Below, piece after piece: positions 22,106-32,500 of a DNA stretch of 64,000 nt; the first letter of the stretch is position 1, and each line of letters opens with the position of its first letter. Below the pieces are notes generated by a model. That model saw only the letters and a list, made by a program, of their open reading frames with translations, was not told where the DNA came from and ran no database searches. The translations under genes were made by a program, and so were the position numbers. Source of the DNA: a virus; IMG/VR virus record IMGVR_UViG_3300042691_037870, positions 32,001 to 96,000 of that record, one strand, 5' to 3'.

Positions 22106-22810
22106 TTAGATTAATTGTGTGCCAAGACTTGGCTTATAATAAATGTGATGTACTTTTTCTATCATGCGAATCATACCAATAACATCTTTTTCACAGTACT
22201 TAATGATTCCGCTTTCATTGTGGTTTGCCCAAAATTCTTCATGTACCTGAGATCCATTCATTTCATCTTTGGGCGATGGTAATCCTAAAGAATACATTGC
22301 TTCTTCAAATGTAACATCGAGATTTGAAAAAGATTTCCACCATTCTTTTAAATCAACAATATTAACTTCCCAAGGCTTCTTACCCCAAGTATTTAAACAT
22401 TCAGGTACTTGTAAACCGTATATTAAGAATTTTCGATAAACCCAAGGAATATCAAAATTCTTAATATTCCAACCGCAAGGGATTAATCCGCTTGCTGTTG
22501 CTTTATGAAAAAGATTAGCAACTTTCTTTACAAGATCAGCTTCATTCAATTCATATATAGTTGAAACTTGTAGTTCTCCATTTTTATAAATCCCATAAGA
22601 TAAGCAAGCGATTCTTCCATATTCTGGGAATAATGAGACTTGTCTTAAATATGCTTCTGAAGGATCTCCAAGATTAAGTCTTTTGCATTTGCCTTCAAAT
22701 ATTTTTGCACCATCAGGTTCTTGAGATTGAAATTCTTCAAATGTAGGATATTGACCGCATGTTTCAATATCAAAAAATAGTAGCTTTGAGAGGTAACTTT
22801 GAGTAAACAT
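22106..22810 (-). CDS. Stand-alone PolB-type 3'-5' exonuclease (DnaQ/DEDD fold)
   Basis: ExoI FFDIET, ExoII GWNIKNFDIP, ExoIII YCEKDV motifs. Confidence 0.88.
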   Translation of the reverse strand: MFTQSYLSKLLFFDIETCGQYPTFEEFQSQEPDGAKIFEGKCKRLNLGDPSEAYLRQVSLFPEYGRIACLSYGIYKNGELQVSTIYELNEADLVKKVANLFHKATASGLIPCGWNIKNFDIPWVYRKFLIYGLQVPECLNTWGKKPWEVNIVDLKEWWKSFSNLDVTFEEAMYSLGLPSPKDEMNGSQVHEEFWANHNESGIIKYCEKDVIGMIRMIEKVHHIYYKPSLGTQLI

Positions 22811-22933
22811 ATAGATATTTTTTGATGATTATATACTTTATAGCGATTAAAGTTTTAAGAACTAAATTCAAATTGTGTATAAAACTAATATCTCAATTAG
22901 GGAAAGGAAAGGATAGACAAATAACTTAATATA

Positions 22934-23179
22934 ATGGAAAACATCAAACAACCAAACTTAAACTTAGACTCATTACCTTGGATTAGTTGTTCATGTGGAG
23001 GGATGATCTTTGATTCAGCTGTCATGGTCAAGAAAGTTTCAGCTTTACTCAGTCCTACTGGAAGAGAAGAAATGATACCTGCTGATATGATTATCTGCAG
23101 ATCTTGTGGTAAGATACCTGAGTTCTATGCAAATAAAGTAAAAGGAATACCTGAAGAGTTAATTGCAAAAAATTCATAA
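22934..23179 (+). CDS. Small zinc-ribbon protein
   Basis: CSCGG...CRSCG Cys pairs; ATG in A-rich context; TAATG-coupled to the SET gene. Confidence 0.75.
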   Translation: MENIKQPNLNLDSLPWISCSCGGMIFDSAVMVKKVSALLSPTGREEMIPADMIICRSCGKIPEFYANKVKGIPEELIAKNS

Positions 23180-23601
23180 TGAATCCTTTTATATCAGATT
23201 TTATTGATGTAAGAGATGTACCTGATATGGGATTTGGAGTTTTTACTACTCAAGATATTGATAAAGATTGTTTAATAGAAGTATCTCCTATTTTTACATA
23301 CCCACGACAAGTAATAGATACTGCTTATTACATTTTAATGGCTGAAGGGGCTCAACCTGGAGAATTTAAGTTAGATCAATATTCTCTTTTACTACCTGGT
23401 AATTATGATAAATGCGCTATCATGCTTGGATACTTAAGCATCTATAATCATAGTGATAATCCAAATGCTGAATTAACTTTTATATCAGAAAGAAAGGTTG
23501 CTGTAAAGACTACGCAACCTATTCCTGCTGATTCACAAATTTTTATAAGTTATGGCTCTGGATGGTTTGAATCCAAAAAGTCATATATTCAAAAGATTTA
23601 A
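23179..23601 (+). CDS. SET-domain protein (putative lysine methyltransferase)
   Basis: GFGVFTTQDI (motif I), SIYNHSDNPNA (NHS motif), IPADSQIFISYG (pseudoknot Tyr). Confidence 0.88.
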   Translation: MNPFISDFIDVRDVPDMGFGVFTTQDIDKDCLIEVSPIFTYPRQVIDTAYYILMAEGAQPGEFKLDQYSLLLPGNYDKCAIMLGYLSIYNHSDNPNAELTFISERKVAVKTTQPIPADSQIFISYGSGWFESKKSYIQKI

Positions 23602-24332
23602 GAATTACTTTCAAAGATATCCTCTATCTTAATAATTAGAGGATGTCTTACAATATCTTCTCTAAGAAATTCCATTACTCCAATTTCTTCTACATTATTA
23701 AAGAATTGAATTACTTTGTCAAGTGAAGATATCTCCGACTTTTTAATGTCAATCTGCTTTGTATCACCAATTATGATCATTTTTGAATCTTCACCTAGTC
23801 TTGTCATTGTGGATCTCATATTTCTTAAAGAAATGTTTTGAGCTTCATCTACAATAATAATTGTGTTATCAATACTTCTACCACGGATATAAGCAAGTGG
23901 CATAACTTCAATTAAATCTGTTTGTTGCATAGCAACAGTTAAATCTTTACCAATGATTTTATGAAAGTTATCCATAAAGGATATCATAAAAGGTTCCATT
24001 TTTTCTTTCATGGTGCCTCTTAAGAAGCCAATTTCTTCACCTTCCAAAACATTTACAGATTTGACAATAATAATTTTATTGTATAGATGACTTTGTGTTG
24101 AGAGTAATCTTAGCGCTTCAGCAACAGCAACATAAGTTTTTCCTGTTCCTGCCGGTCCTGCGCAGATTGTTATGTCTTTTGTATTAATAAGTTTAGCAAA
24201 CTTTTTTTGGCGATCAGTTTTGCATTTAAGAATAACTTTAATCTTTGAGATAATTTTTTGTTGAGGTGTTAATTCAATCTTATTAGAATTAACTTCTTCT
24301 ACGTCTGCTTTAGTTTTCTTTCTTACTGCCAT
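23598..24332 (-). CDS. phoH: PhoH-family ATPase
   Basis: GPAGTGKT Walker A, IGFLRG, LAYIRGRSI, IIVDEAQN, GDTKQID, DIVRHPLI. Confidence 0.95.
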   Translation of the reverse strand: MAVRKKTKADVEEVNSNKIELTPQQKIISKIKVILKCKTDRQKKFAKLINTKDITICAGPAGTGKTYVAVAEALRLLSTQSHLYNKIIIVKSVNVLEGEEIGFLRGTMKEKMEPFMISFMDNFHKIIGKDLTVAMQQTDLIEVMPLAYIRGRSIDNTIIIVDEAQNISLRNMRSTMTRLGEDSKMIIIGDTKQIDIKKSEISSLDKVIQFFNNVEEIGVMEFLREDIVRHPLIIKIEDIFESNS

Positions 24333-24344
24333 AATGTTGTGTTT

Positions 24345-24599
24345 TTACCAGTAGCCGCCTGGGCAGGTGCATTCTTTACACAGAACTTTTTTATCTATGT
24401 AACATCCGCAACCTGTAAAAGGTGAGCCCCAAGAATTAGTGTGTTTTTTGTTTTCATCACAGATGTTTTGAGTACGTACAGGACATTTGGAACAAATAGA
24501 CATGCGTTTTTGCCCAAGTTCTTTAATCTGTGTGTCAAGAAGATTGAGGGAATCTAAGAAACTATTAAACCAGCCTTCCGCTATATGTAATATTGACAT
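24345..24599 (-). CDS. Small Cys-rich metal-binding protein (DUF6171-like)
   Basis: RMSICSKCP...IC...CGCYIDKK...CPGGYW pattern. Confidence 0.65.
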   Translation of the reverse strand: MSILHIAEGWFNSFLDSLNLLDTQIKELGQKRMSICSKCPVRTQNICDENKKHTNSWGSPFTGCGCYIDKKVLCKECTCPGGYW

Positions 24600-24602
24600 A
24601 TG

Positions 24603-25184
24603 TTAAACTTTAACAGTTTTAACTTTAACATCTTTTTCTTTTTCAATTTCCTTAGCCAGTTCTAAGTTTTCGTGATTGTCATCAAAGAAGATAAAATCAG
24701 AATATCCTTGTTCTACAAGTTGATGAAGCGCTTGCTTTTTTCTTTGTGCAATATTTCCAGTGTACTTATAACGTGGGTCATTAACAGCTATCACTAAACT
24801 AGGATGAATGTCAATTCCATTTTCTAGAAAAAATCGTCGAATCATATCACTATTAGATCTTGCTGTTACAATAGCAACATGAACTCCTTGCTTATAATAA
24901 GCTAATAACTTATCAAGAATCTCAACAATAAATTGAGACTTTTTCAATATTTCGTAATCTTCAAATTCTGAAAATGATAAGCTGGTTTTCTTTGTGGGTT
25001 TAAAAAAATTAAACTGTGAGGGTGTCAAAGTTTTAATAACTTTGTGTGTATTTATATCAAGAACTTGTATCATTGCTGAAGATATGATAAGAGTATCATC
25101 AAGATCAAAGACAGCAAGTTTATCAGACTTTTTACCTTTAATTGTTACTTCATTTATATGATGAATTTCGTTTCCTCTGACCAT
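24603..25184 (-). CDS. HAD-superfamily phosphatase-like protein
   Basis: Motif I FDLDDTL, motif II IVTARS, KK, motif IV FFDDNHENL. ATG at 25184 preferred over the TTG at 25208. Confidence 0.8.
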   Translation of the reverse strand: MVRGNEIHHINEVTIKGKKSDKLAVFDLDDTLIISSAMIQVLDINTHKVIKTLTPSQFNFFKPTKKTSLSFSEFEDYEILKKSQFIVEILDKLLAYYKQGVHVAIVTARSNSDMIRRFFLENGIDIHPSLVIAVNDPRYKYTGNIAQRKKQALHQLVEQGYSDFIFFDDNHENLELAKEIEKEKDVKVKTVKV

Positions 25185-26539
25185 TCTGAATATGTTTTTT
25201 GTTCGCAATCAAATACTGAAGATATTGAAAAGTAATATGTGCCTTGATTATATAATAGTCCAAAATATGAAGCTGGGATGTAAAACTTAATACCTTCTTT
25301 ATATTTATCATATGAAAACTTAATCTTAGATATATTTGAACTACCTGGAGTGTTCCATACTCCGGTGTGTACCTTAATGGTTTTTCCAATTAGCGCTTCT
25401 TGAGCCTGTGACAATGTATATGTTATATTATTAAGTAACTTAATAGTTGTAGATATCTTTTCATCTAATAATGACGCTGTAATAACATACCCATCACCAA
25501 ATTCATTACCAAATTCAATATACATAGAAGGATTTGGTAAATTAAAAGCATTAGGAGAAATGCTATTATTATTTTTCTTTAAAATACATGTTACTTGATT
25601 AGTTGTTACGTTTGTAACATCAACTATTACATAATCGTCAATAGTTAAACTTCCACAATTACTAGGATATAATAATACGATTGGTGGAAACGTTGCTCCT
25701 TCATTACATTGCACATTAATTGGGGACCCTCCAAAAAATGGTACATTTAATGAATATGAATATCCTGGATCTACTATCTTAACAGATTTTAAACTACCGC
25801 CTTCAAGTATTGGTTCAAGAACTCCATTAAAATTAGGATTGTTTCCCGTTACATCATAAATATCATTAGTAACAGTATCTTCAGATCTTAGACGAAATCT
25901 ATAAGATACTGCTAAATTAGTAGGGTCAGACCAAGAAAATAAAACTTTATCAGTTGTTTGATTAACACTAATATCTAAATTAACAGGCGCTTGTAAATTG
26001 TTATCTGTAAAAATTCTACGATTTGTACAAAAGAATCCTGGATATAACCCTGTCCCACCGTCATCAAGAGATGACATATCACCTTCTGTAATTGCTATTC
26101 TTATCTTATATACTAATTCTTCAGTTGGCCACACATTTAGTCCTGGATATACATCTATAACATTTACCACATATCCTTTTATATAATTAAAATAACTGGT
26201 AAATATGTTAGCATCAGACACAATTGTAAAAGGCTCACCATTCTTAATAAGATTTGATCCAAAGAACCCTTCTGGAGTGTCAAGAGGACCTTCTTGCTCT
26301 AATGTATATCCTACTTCAAGTACATAATAATAGTTTGTACCTGTAGTTCCTTTTTCTTGCGTGATTGAATAAATTAAAGACTTATAAGCGTATTCATAAC
26401 CACTTTGATTAATTTCAGAAGTGTAAATATATCCCTGATTAATTGAATCAGCAGGTGTATTACCATCTTCTATTGGATTAACCACAAGATTAGTTTCAAG
26501 GTCTCGCTGTCTACTTGATTTTTTACTCTGCGGAATCAT
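25154..26539 (-). CDS. Putative structural protein with FN3-like segment (461 aa)
   Basis: APVNLDISVN..VLFSWSDP..YRFRLR and terminal YSEWSE are FN3-like; VKIVDPGYSYS repeat also seen in the upstream baseplate protein. Confidence 0.55.
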   Translation of the reverse strand: MIPQSKKSSRQRDLETNLVVNPIEDGNTPADSINQGYIYTSEINQSGYEYAYKSLIYSITQEKGTTGTNYYYVLEVGYTLEQEGPLDTPEGFFGSNLIKNGEPFTIVSDANIFTSYFNYIKGYVVNVIDVYPGLNVWPTEELVYKIRIAITEGDMSSLDDGGTGLYPGFFCTNRRIFTDNNLQAPVNLDISVNQTTDKVLFSWSDPTNLAVSYRFRLRSEDTVTNDIYDVTGNNPNFNGVLEPILEGGSLKSVKIVDPGYSYSLNVPFFGGSPINVQCNEGATFPPIVLLYPSNCGSLTIDDYVIVDVTNVTTNQVTCILKKNNNSISPNAFNLPNPSMYIEFGNEFGDGYVITASLLDEKISTTIKLLNNITYTLSQAQEALIGKTIKVHTGVWNTPGSSNISKIKFSYDKYKEGIKFYIPASYFGLLYNQGTYYFSISSVFDCEQKTYSEWSEETKFII

Positions 26540-29500
26540 ATATAGTTAAAAATGATTTTTTCAGTTGTGTTTTCTTATTACCATTTGTGTCAGTGATAGT
26601 TAATTCTACATCAAAATTACCAGGATATTCAAATGTCCATAATAGTTGTTCATCAATTACTTCAGCTAAAGTAGTTTCACCATCTATAAGTTTCCAATAA
26701 TATTGAGTCTTACCTACGATATCACTTGCATTAGCACTAAGTAAGACAGAAGTACCTGCAGGTAACTTTCCATTATATTTACCTACTCGCGTTTCTTCCC
26801 ATGTATAAACACCACCTATTGCACGGCTATAAGGTAATCTTTCAGATTGTGCTTTTGCTTCTAAGTAATTACTAAATGTAGGACTGTTGCTATAAGAATA
26901 ATTATATGAAAGATCATCAGAAGGATACCATCCTGGAGTTCCGTATGGTGAAGTTCCTTCATATAAATAAGTTTGTGCATATCTATAATTAGTTAAGAAA
27001 TCCTGTAACCCACGTTTAAAAGCACCTACTCGGTTTTCTCCGTAACCAAACCATTTATAGTAATTACCTACAGGGTATGTATGCGCAGTTGTAGTACTTA
27101 TATTAGTAGAACTAATTTGAGGTGGTAAAAATTGAACACCGTTTGTACCTACAAGATACCCTAAGTTATCAGTACTTGGGTTTTTAGCAGAAGCAATAAT
27201 TTGTACGTCCGCGTTTGTAATTGTGCTTACTAACCAAGGAATCGTTATAAACGTATTTGCGGCTGTTATCCACTCAACATTAAAACTACCATTTAATTTG
27301 GTTCCTGAAAGTGGTGTGTCAAGAACAATCTCTCTAATTTTACCGTCTCTAACAAGAAGTTGTAAAACTTTTGCAGGATTTGATGGGTAAGACGGTAGAA
27401 AATCTCCAGAAAGATATTCACCAACTCGTAAGTCACCTGATTGTAAACCTTTAACGTTTTTAATAACATACTTTCCTGAAGTTGTGTCACCTACAAATGT
27501 TGCTTTCTTAGGAATATTTTTATCTACATAAACAACGTTATATCCAGTAAACATTGGATCAACAGTAGATCCAGGTACAACAGATGTAACGGTTGTTGCT
27601 GGTTCAACAAAGTAACCATAGTAAGCATCACCAGGAGATACCAATGCAGAAGTTTTTGTAATGATTGCATCGGGTAATGCATAAGTATTTAAAGCAGATG
27701 CACTTATTTGATCTTGAGTAGCATAAGAAACTAAATAATCATCTGAATAATCATTGTCAACATATAAACCTGAAATGGAACCTCCATAAATAGCATAGTT
27801 AAATTTACTAACACCAGGATTATTTGTTGCATTTAATTCATATAGAGCCTGTGAATATTTTTGTGCTACTGACATACCTCCAATTATACCTTGAAAGTTA
27901 AATGTAGGATATTCATTAAATTTGATACCGCCATTTGAATCAACATTATTAATTACATATCCACACCATAAACTATCAGTAAAATCAAGAGTGTCCCAAG
28001 TATTACCACAAAATTCGGACCATACCATTTCTTTGTAGTTTCTCCAAGTTTGTACACGTGTACCTAAATGCTCTTCAGCATAATCTTGATCAAATGTTTG
28101 CTGACATGCTGTAAAGAAAGTATCACTACGATAAAGTTCCGCGCTTAAATCATCAACAGTAACAAGTGTTCCAATACCGCCATTCCATACTCCAGTATTT
28201 GTGATTTTCATAGAGTATGAATTTGAAACAATCCCATGATCGTAAAACCAATTTGTATGATCTGTTACATAACTTGGACCAAAATTAGTACTTGATAGGA
28301 AAGAACCATTAGCAGGAAACTTATTATAATTTGCATATATTGTTTCATCAGAACCGTTTGTGGCAAAGTATCTTTCTTGTGTTGTAAATTCATCATATTC
28401 ATATTCAAGAAAAATACTCGGTGAAGCTAATGTAGACCAATATGATGAAAGATTAGAATTGAGTTCTGATAATTTACCACCACTAATTCCTAATACATCA
28501 ATTACATAAGCATTACCAGAAAAAATGTTATAAATATCTCCAACATTACTTGTGCTTTCATATGCATGTACAGTTCTAAATATTTGCTTATATATAAGTT
28601 CGGATCCGTCGTATACATATAGTTTAATTCTTGTAAATCCTGGGCGAATTTCATTTAAAGGATTAATCAATATAGATGATGGGTCAAGAATTAACTGACC
28701 TTTATAATCTGATACTTGTTGGCTTTGTTCAAGCACTTCTTTAAATACCCAAGAAGTTGTAATTGGACCCCATACTAAATTACCATTTACATTTACATAA
28801 TCTCTTATTTTGTAAATGCGACCATAAGCACCCGGTTTTTGTAGTACTGCATTTGTAGAACCATTAAAGATATCAAACCCATCAGCATTTCTTGCAGAAA
28901 CAATATTTCTTGCAGAAACAGGAGTATTTCCTTCTTTTGTAATTACTACATTGTTGCCTATTTTTAAACCTGTAGGATTAGTTTCTTCATTATAAATTTG
29001 GTTTCCTGCAACAACGAATGTTCCACCCACTTCTCTTAACACTTCCCATGTGGTAGGACTTTGTGTAAAAGCAAGAGGTGGTACTTGAGATATTTCAATC
29101 TTGGTAATTCCCGGCGATGAATAGTCAGCACTAATAACTTGATAGTTATAAACAACTCCGTCTCTTCTTATATAGATTACATCATTAGGATCATATATAG
29201 GGTCAAGTTTTGGCAAATCATACTGTCCTGCTACCGTAATGGTAGGGTTTATCGTAGACACAGGAACAGTAGTATTATCCGTGTAAGATATAATAGAACC
29301 TTCATAAACATCTTCAGAACTTATCTGTAAGATTTCCATATCTAAACAAGTTGGGAACGTAGGACTATTAATATAAGATAAATCAGAAATACTTAAACTA
29401 TCCCAGTTAATATCATAATCATCCCATCTTGTATCATTAAATGTTATATTAACCCATCTACCTACTGCATTATCCCATGTATATTCAACAGGATTTGGTT

Positions 29501-32500
29501 TATCATTTGGAGTACTTAGCATAAAGCTATTGTCAGAAGGTGGAGTTGGTATTTGTTCAAATTCTTTCCAAGTATCTTTACACTCTTCAACAGTTTTTGC
29601 AATATAAGCAAAGTCAGCTTCAGGCATATACACATCAACAGCTTTTACTTTTATTGCATTTGACTTGGTATTATTTGTATCATAAACATTTAACTCTAAT
29701 GTATACTTACCTGTATATGGTAAAGTTATGGTATGATTAATTAAAGAATCAATTGTATTAATACCTGAACGATAATTGTAAACTGTTCCTGGTACTGTAG
29801 GTTCATCAAGATATGCAAGCCATTCCATTTGGTAAAAATCGCCTCTGCCAATTTCAGCCCAAGTGTATAAACTACTTGTATGTCCGCCATTAGGAGAGAT
29901 TGTAGGTTCTGATGTATAGCCCACACCACCTGCTGTCACAGAAACTCCTTGATGAATATAAATCTTATCTCCTATAGATAAAGATGTTGCGATTGAACTA
30001 CCATCATAACTCAATAAGTACAAGTCATTACCAATAATACTATCAATAATTGTTCCTTCAGGTATATTAGTATCTGATTTGATAATTTTACCAGCTGTGA
30101 TAAAATTTAAACCACCTGCAGGTAATGCTGGAGTAACAGTAATAATATCGTTAAAAGCACCTGGTGATACTGTTGAAGATAAATTTTGTACTTCATATTC
30201 AACAATATTAAGTTTACCACTTCTTAAACTATTACTCACAACAGTTGCACCGAATCCTCCACCTCCATTAACGGTAAATGTAGGAGCAAAGTTGTAATCA
30301 GAACCTTGACTTATAATTTCAACAGCAATAAGATCTCCAGTACCTGCAGGTAATGAATAAACCCAAGCTTTAAGTGTTGCATCATTACTACCTGTAAAAG
30401 TATTCCAAGGATACACTAACTCATCCCAAGTAACATCAAATGTAGTAGACACATTTACAAGTGCACCTACTGGAATATTAGGTGCATCACTATAAGGTTT
30501 AACTGTGTCGGAATCATTAAAGTAACTTATAGGTGCTGATTCATATTCTTTAACAGTAAGAGTTGCTGTTGGTGTTAAGCCTGTAATACTATCCCATAAG
30601 AATTGAATCGTAGGATATGTTGCATATCTTTTACCTAAATCAAAGAGGGTAACTTCTTGTAATTCAAAAGGTATTTCAGTAGCTGCTATTTCAAAACCTA
30701 TTGCATCGACAGGAATTTCATATTGATTACCTACAGGTCTAACAACTGTTCTTTGAGAAAACGTAGTTGGTAAACTCGTATAATTGCTTCCTTGTTGAGG
30801 ACCTGCATTAATCTGTATATCAGTGACAGACCCATTAACATCTACAGCGGTTACTTCAATACGAAACGGTATTTCATAGGAACCACCACTTAATGTTATA
30901 ATATCACCTGCTTGATAATCAGCACCAGCAGGAGTAATTGAATATGAAGCGATTGCCATTGCTTTAACTCGACAACGACCTCTTGCTTGCTGAACAGCTG
31001 ATCCTGGAAAAGTAACTTGTGGGATTTCTCCATAAAAGTTACCACCCGCCCCTGTTACTATTACATCATTAATATCATAATAAGTGGAATAAGGTAAAAG
31101 TGAATTGTCAACTTCAGGTGTAAGTAATCCTCCTAAACGGTCATACGGTCTAAGATCAATAATTTGAGATTTTTTATCATACGTAAAATCAAGTTTCTTA
31201 CCAGAGTTTACAATTAATCTGTCATTTCGATCACTCCAAGAATTAATTGCGTATCTTTCATAATAAACACCTTCACCAGTAATATCAACAATTCTTGTAT
31301 TAAGTGGTAAGAATTTTTCTTTTAAGTAGGCCTTTAAAGCAAATAGCTTAATAAGAACTTCTTCATTGGTGTAGGCAAATGCATCTTCAGTAATTGGGAT
31401 ACCGAATTCATCAGTATCTCCAGAATCACGATTAATGTCATAAAATAAACCAAAAAGATTTGTTTTCTTATAGTGTTTACTTGGTAAAAGATTAATCTGT
31501 TCTGGACTTACCTTTTTATTCTTAAGTTGTAAAGTTATAGGAACTTGACGATATCTATTAAAATAAGTATCATCTGCATTTACATTTAACCAATATTCTT
31601 TAATACGAATATCATAATAACCAAACCAATTAATGATATTTACAAGACCTTTATACGAACCTACATACGGCCATATTTGGTCTCCTTGTAATAGCATTTC
31701 TTTTCTTTTCTGGTTTAACAGAATATAATCAGGATTATCTTCATTAATATCAGAATCTCTTAATATTAATTCTTGGTCAATTGTGATGTCTCTACCAAAG
31801 TTTTCTAAAAGTAATCCTAATCTTTCGTCTTCAGCAATTACTTCACATTCAATAGGGATTTCTAATAATATTGGACTGTAATTGCTAAAAGTAGTATCAG
31901 AGATTTTTAGATACCCTACGTAAGAGCCTTCCACATCAGCTTGAATCCCATAGTTAATTTGTAGTAACCTTTTTTCTAAATCTTCAAACACAATACGTAT
32001 CCATTCATCATTTTGGGCTGTAAATGAATCAGGCATTGTGGCAAGACTGGCATCAGTTAACTCAAAACTAATCTCTTTTGACTTTTGAATCGTAGGGTAA
32101 TCTGTGCCATATTCTACTTCATATAAAAACCATTCTGGGTCAGATGATCTATCAAGAGATGCTGTAAATTGTGGAATAACACTATAATATGTAAAATATG
32201 ATGCTGATGAATTTAAAGTACTACTAAAAGATAATGTATAAGTGCTTAATGCAGTAATTGTATGAATTCCTGCAAGAGGCCCTGCATTAATGTTAATTTT
32301 AGATCCTACTTTTAAATTATGACTAACATAAAAAGTAAAACTAATATTTGTGCCTTCAGCAACATCGTTATTTAATGTAACTTCGCCTATAGTAGGTTCA
32401 ATATTTTTTATAACAGTTCCATCTGGGACACCGTTACCAAAAACTGTCATACCTACTATAAGATTACCTGTTACTCCTAAATTAAGTTCATTGATCTTAT

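Noticed and set aside
20948-23601. Eukaryotic or giant-virus (NCLDV) origin suggested by NEIL1-like and SET genes
   Set aside because: Surrounding genes are T4-like neck/baseplate genes with TAATG coupling, intrinsic terminators and Bacteroidota-like promoters.
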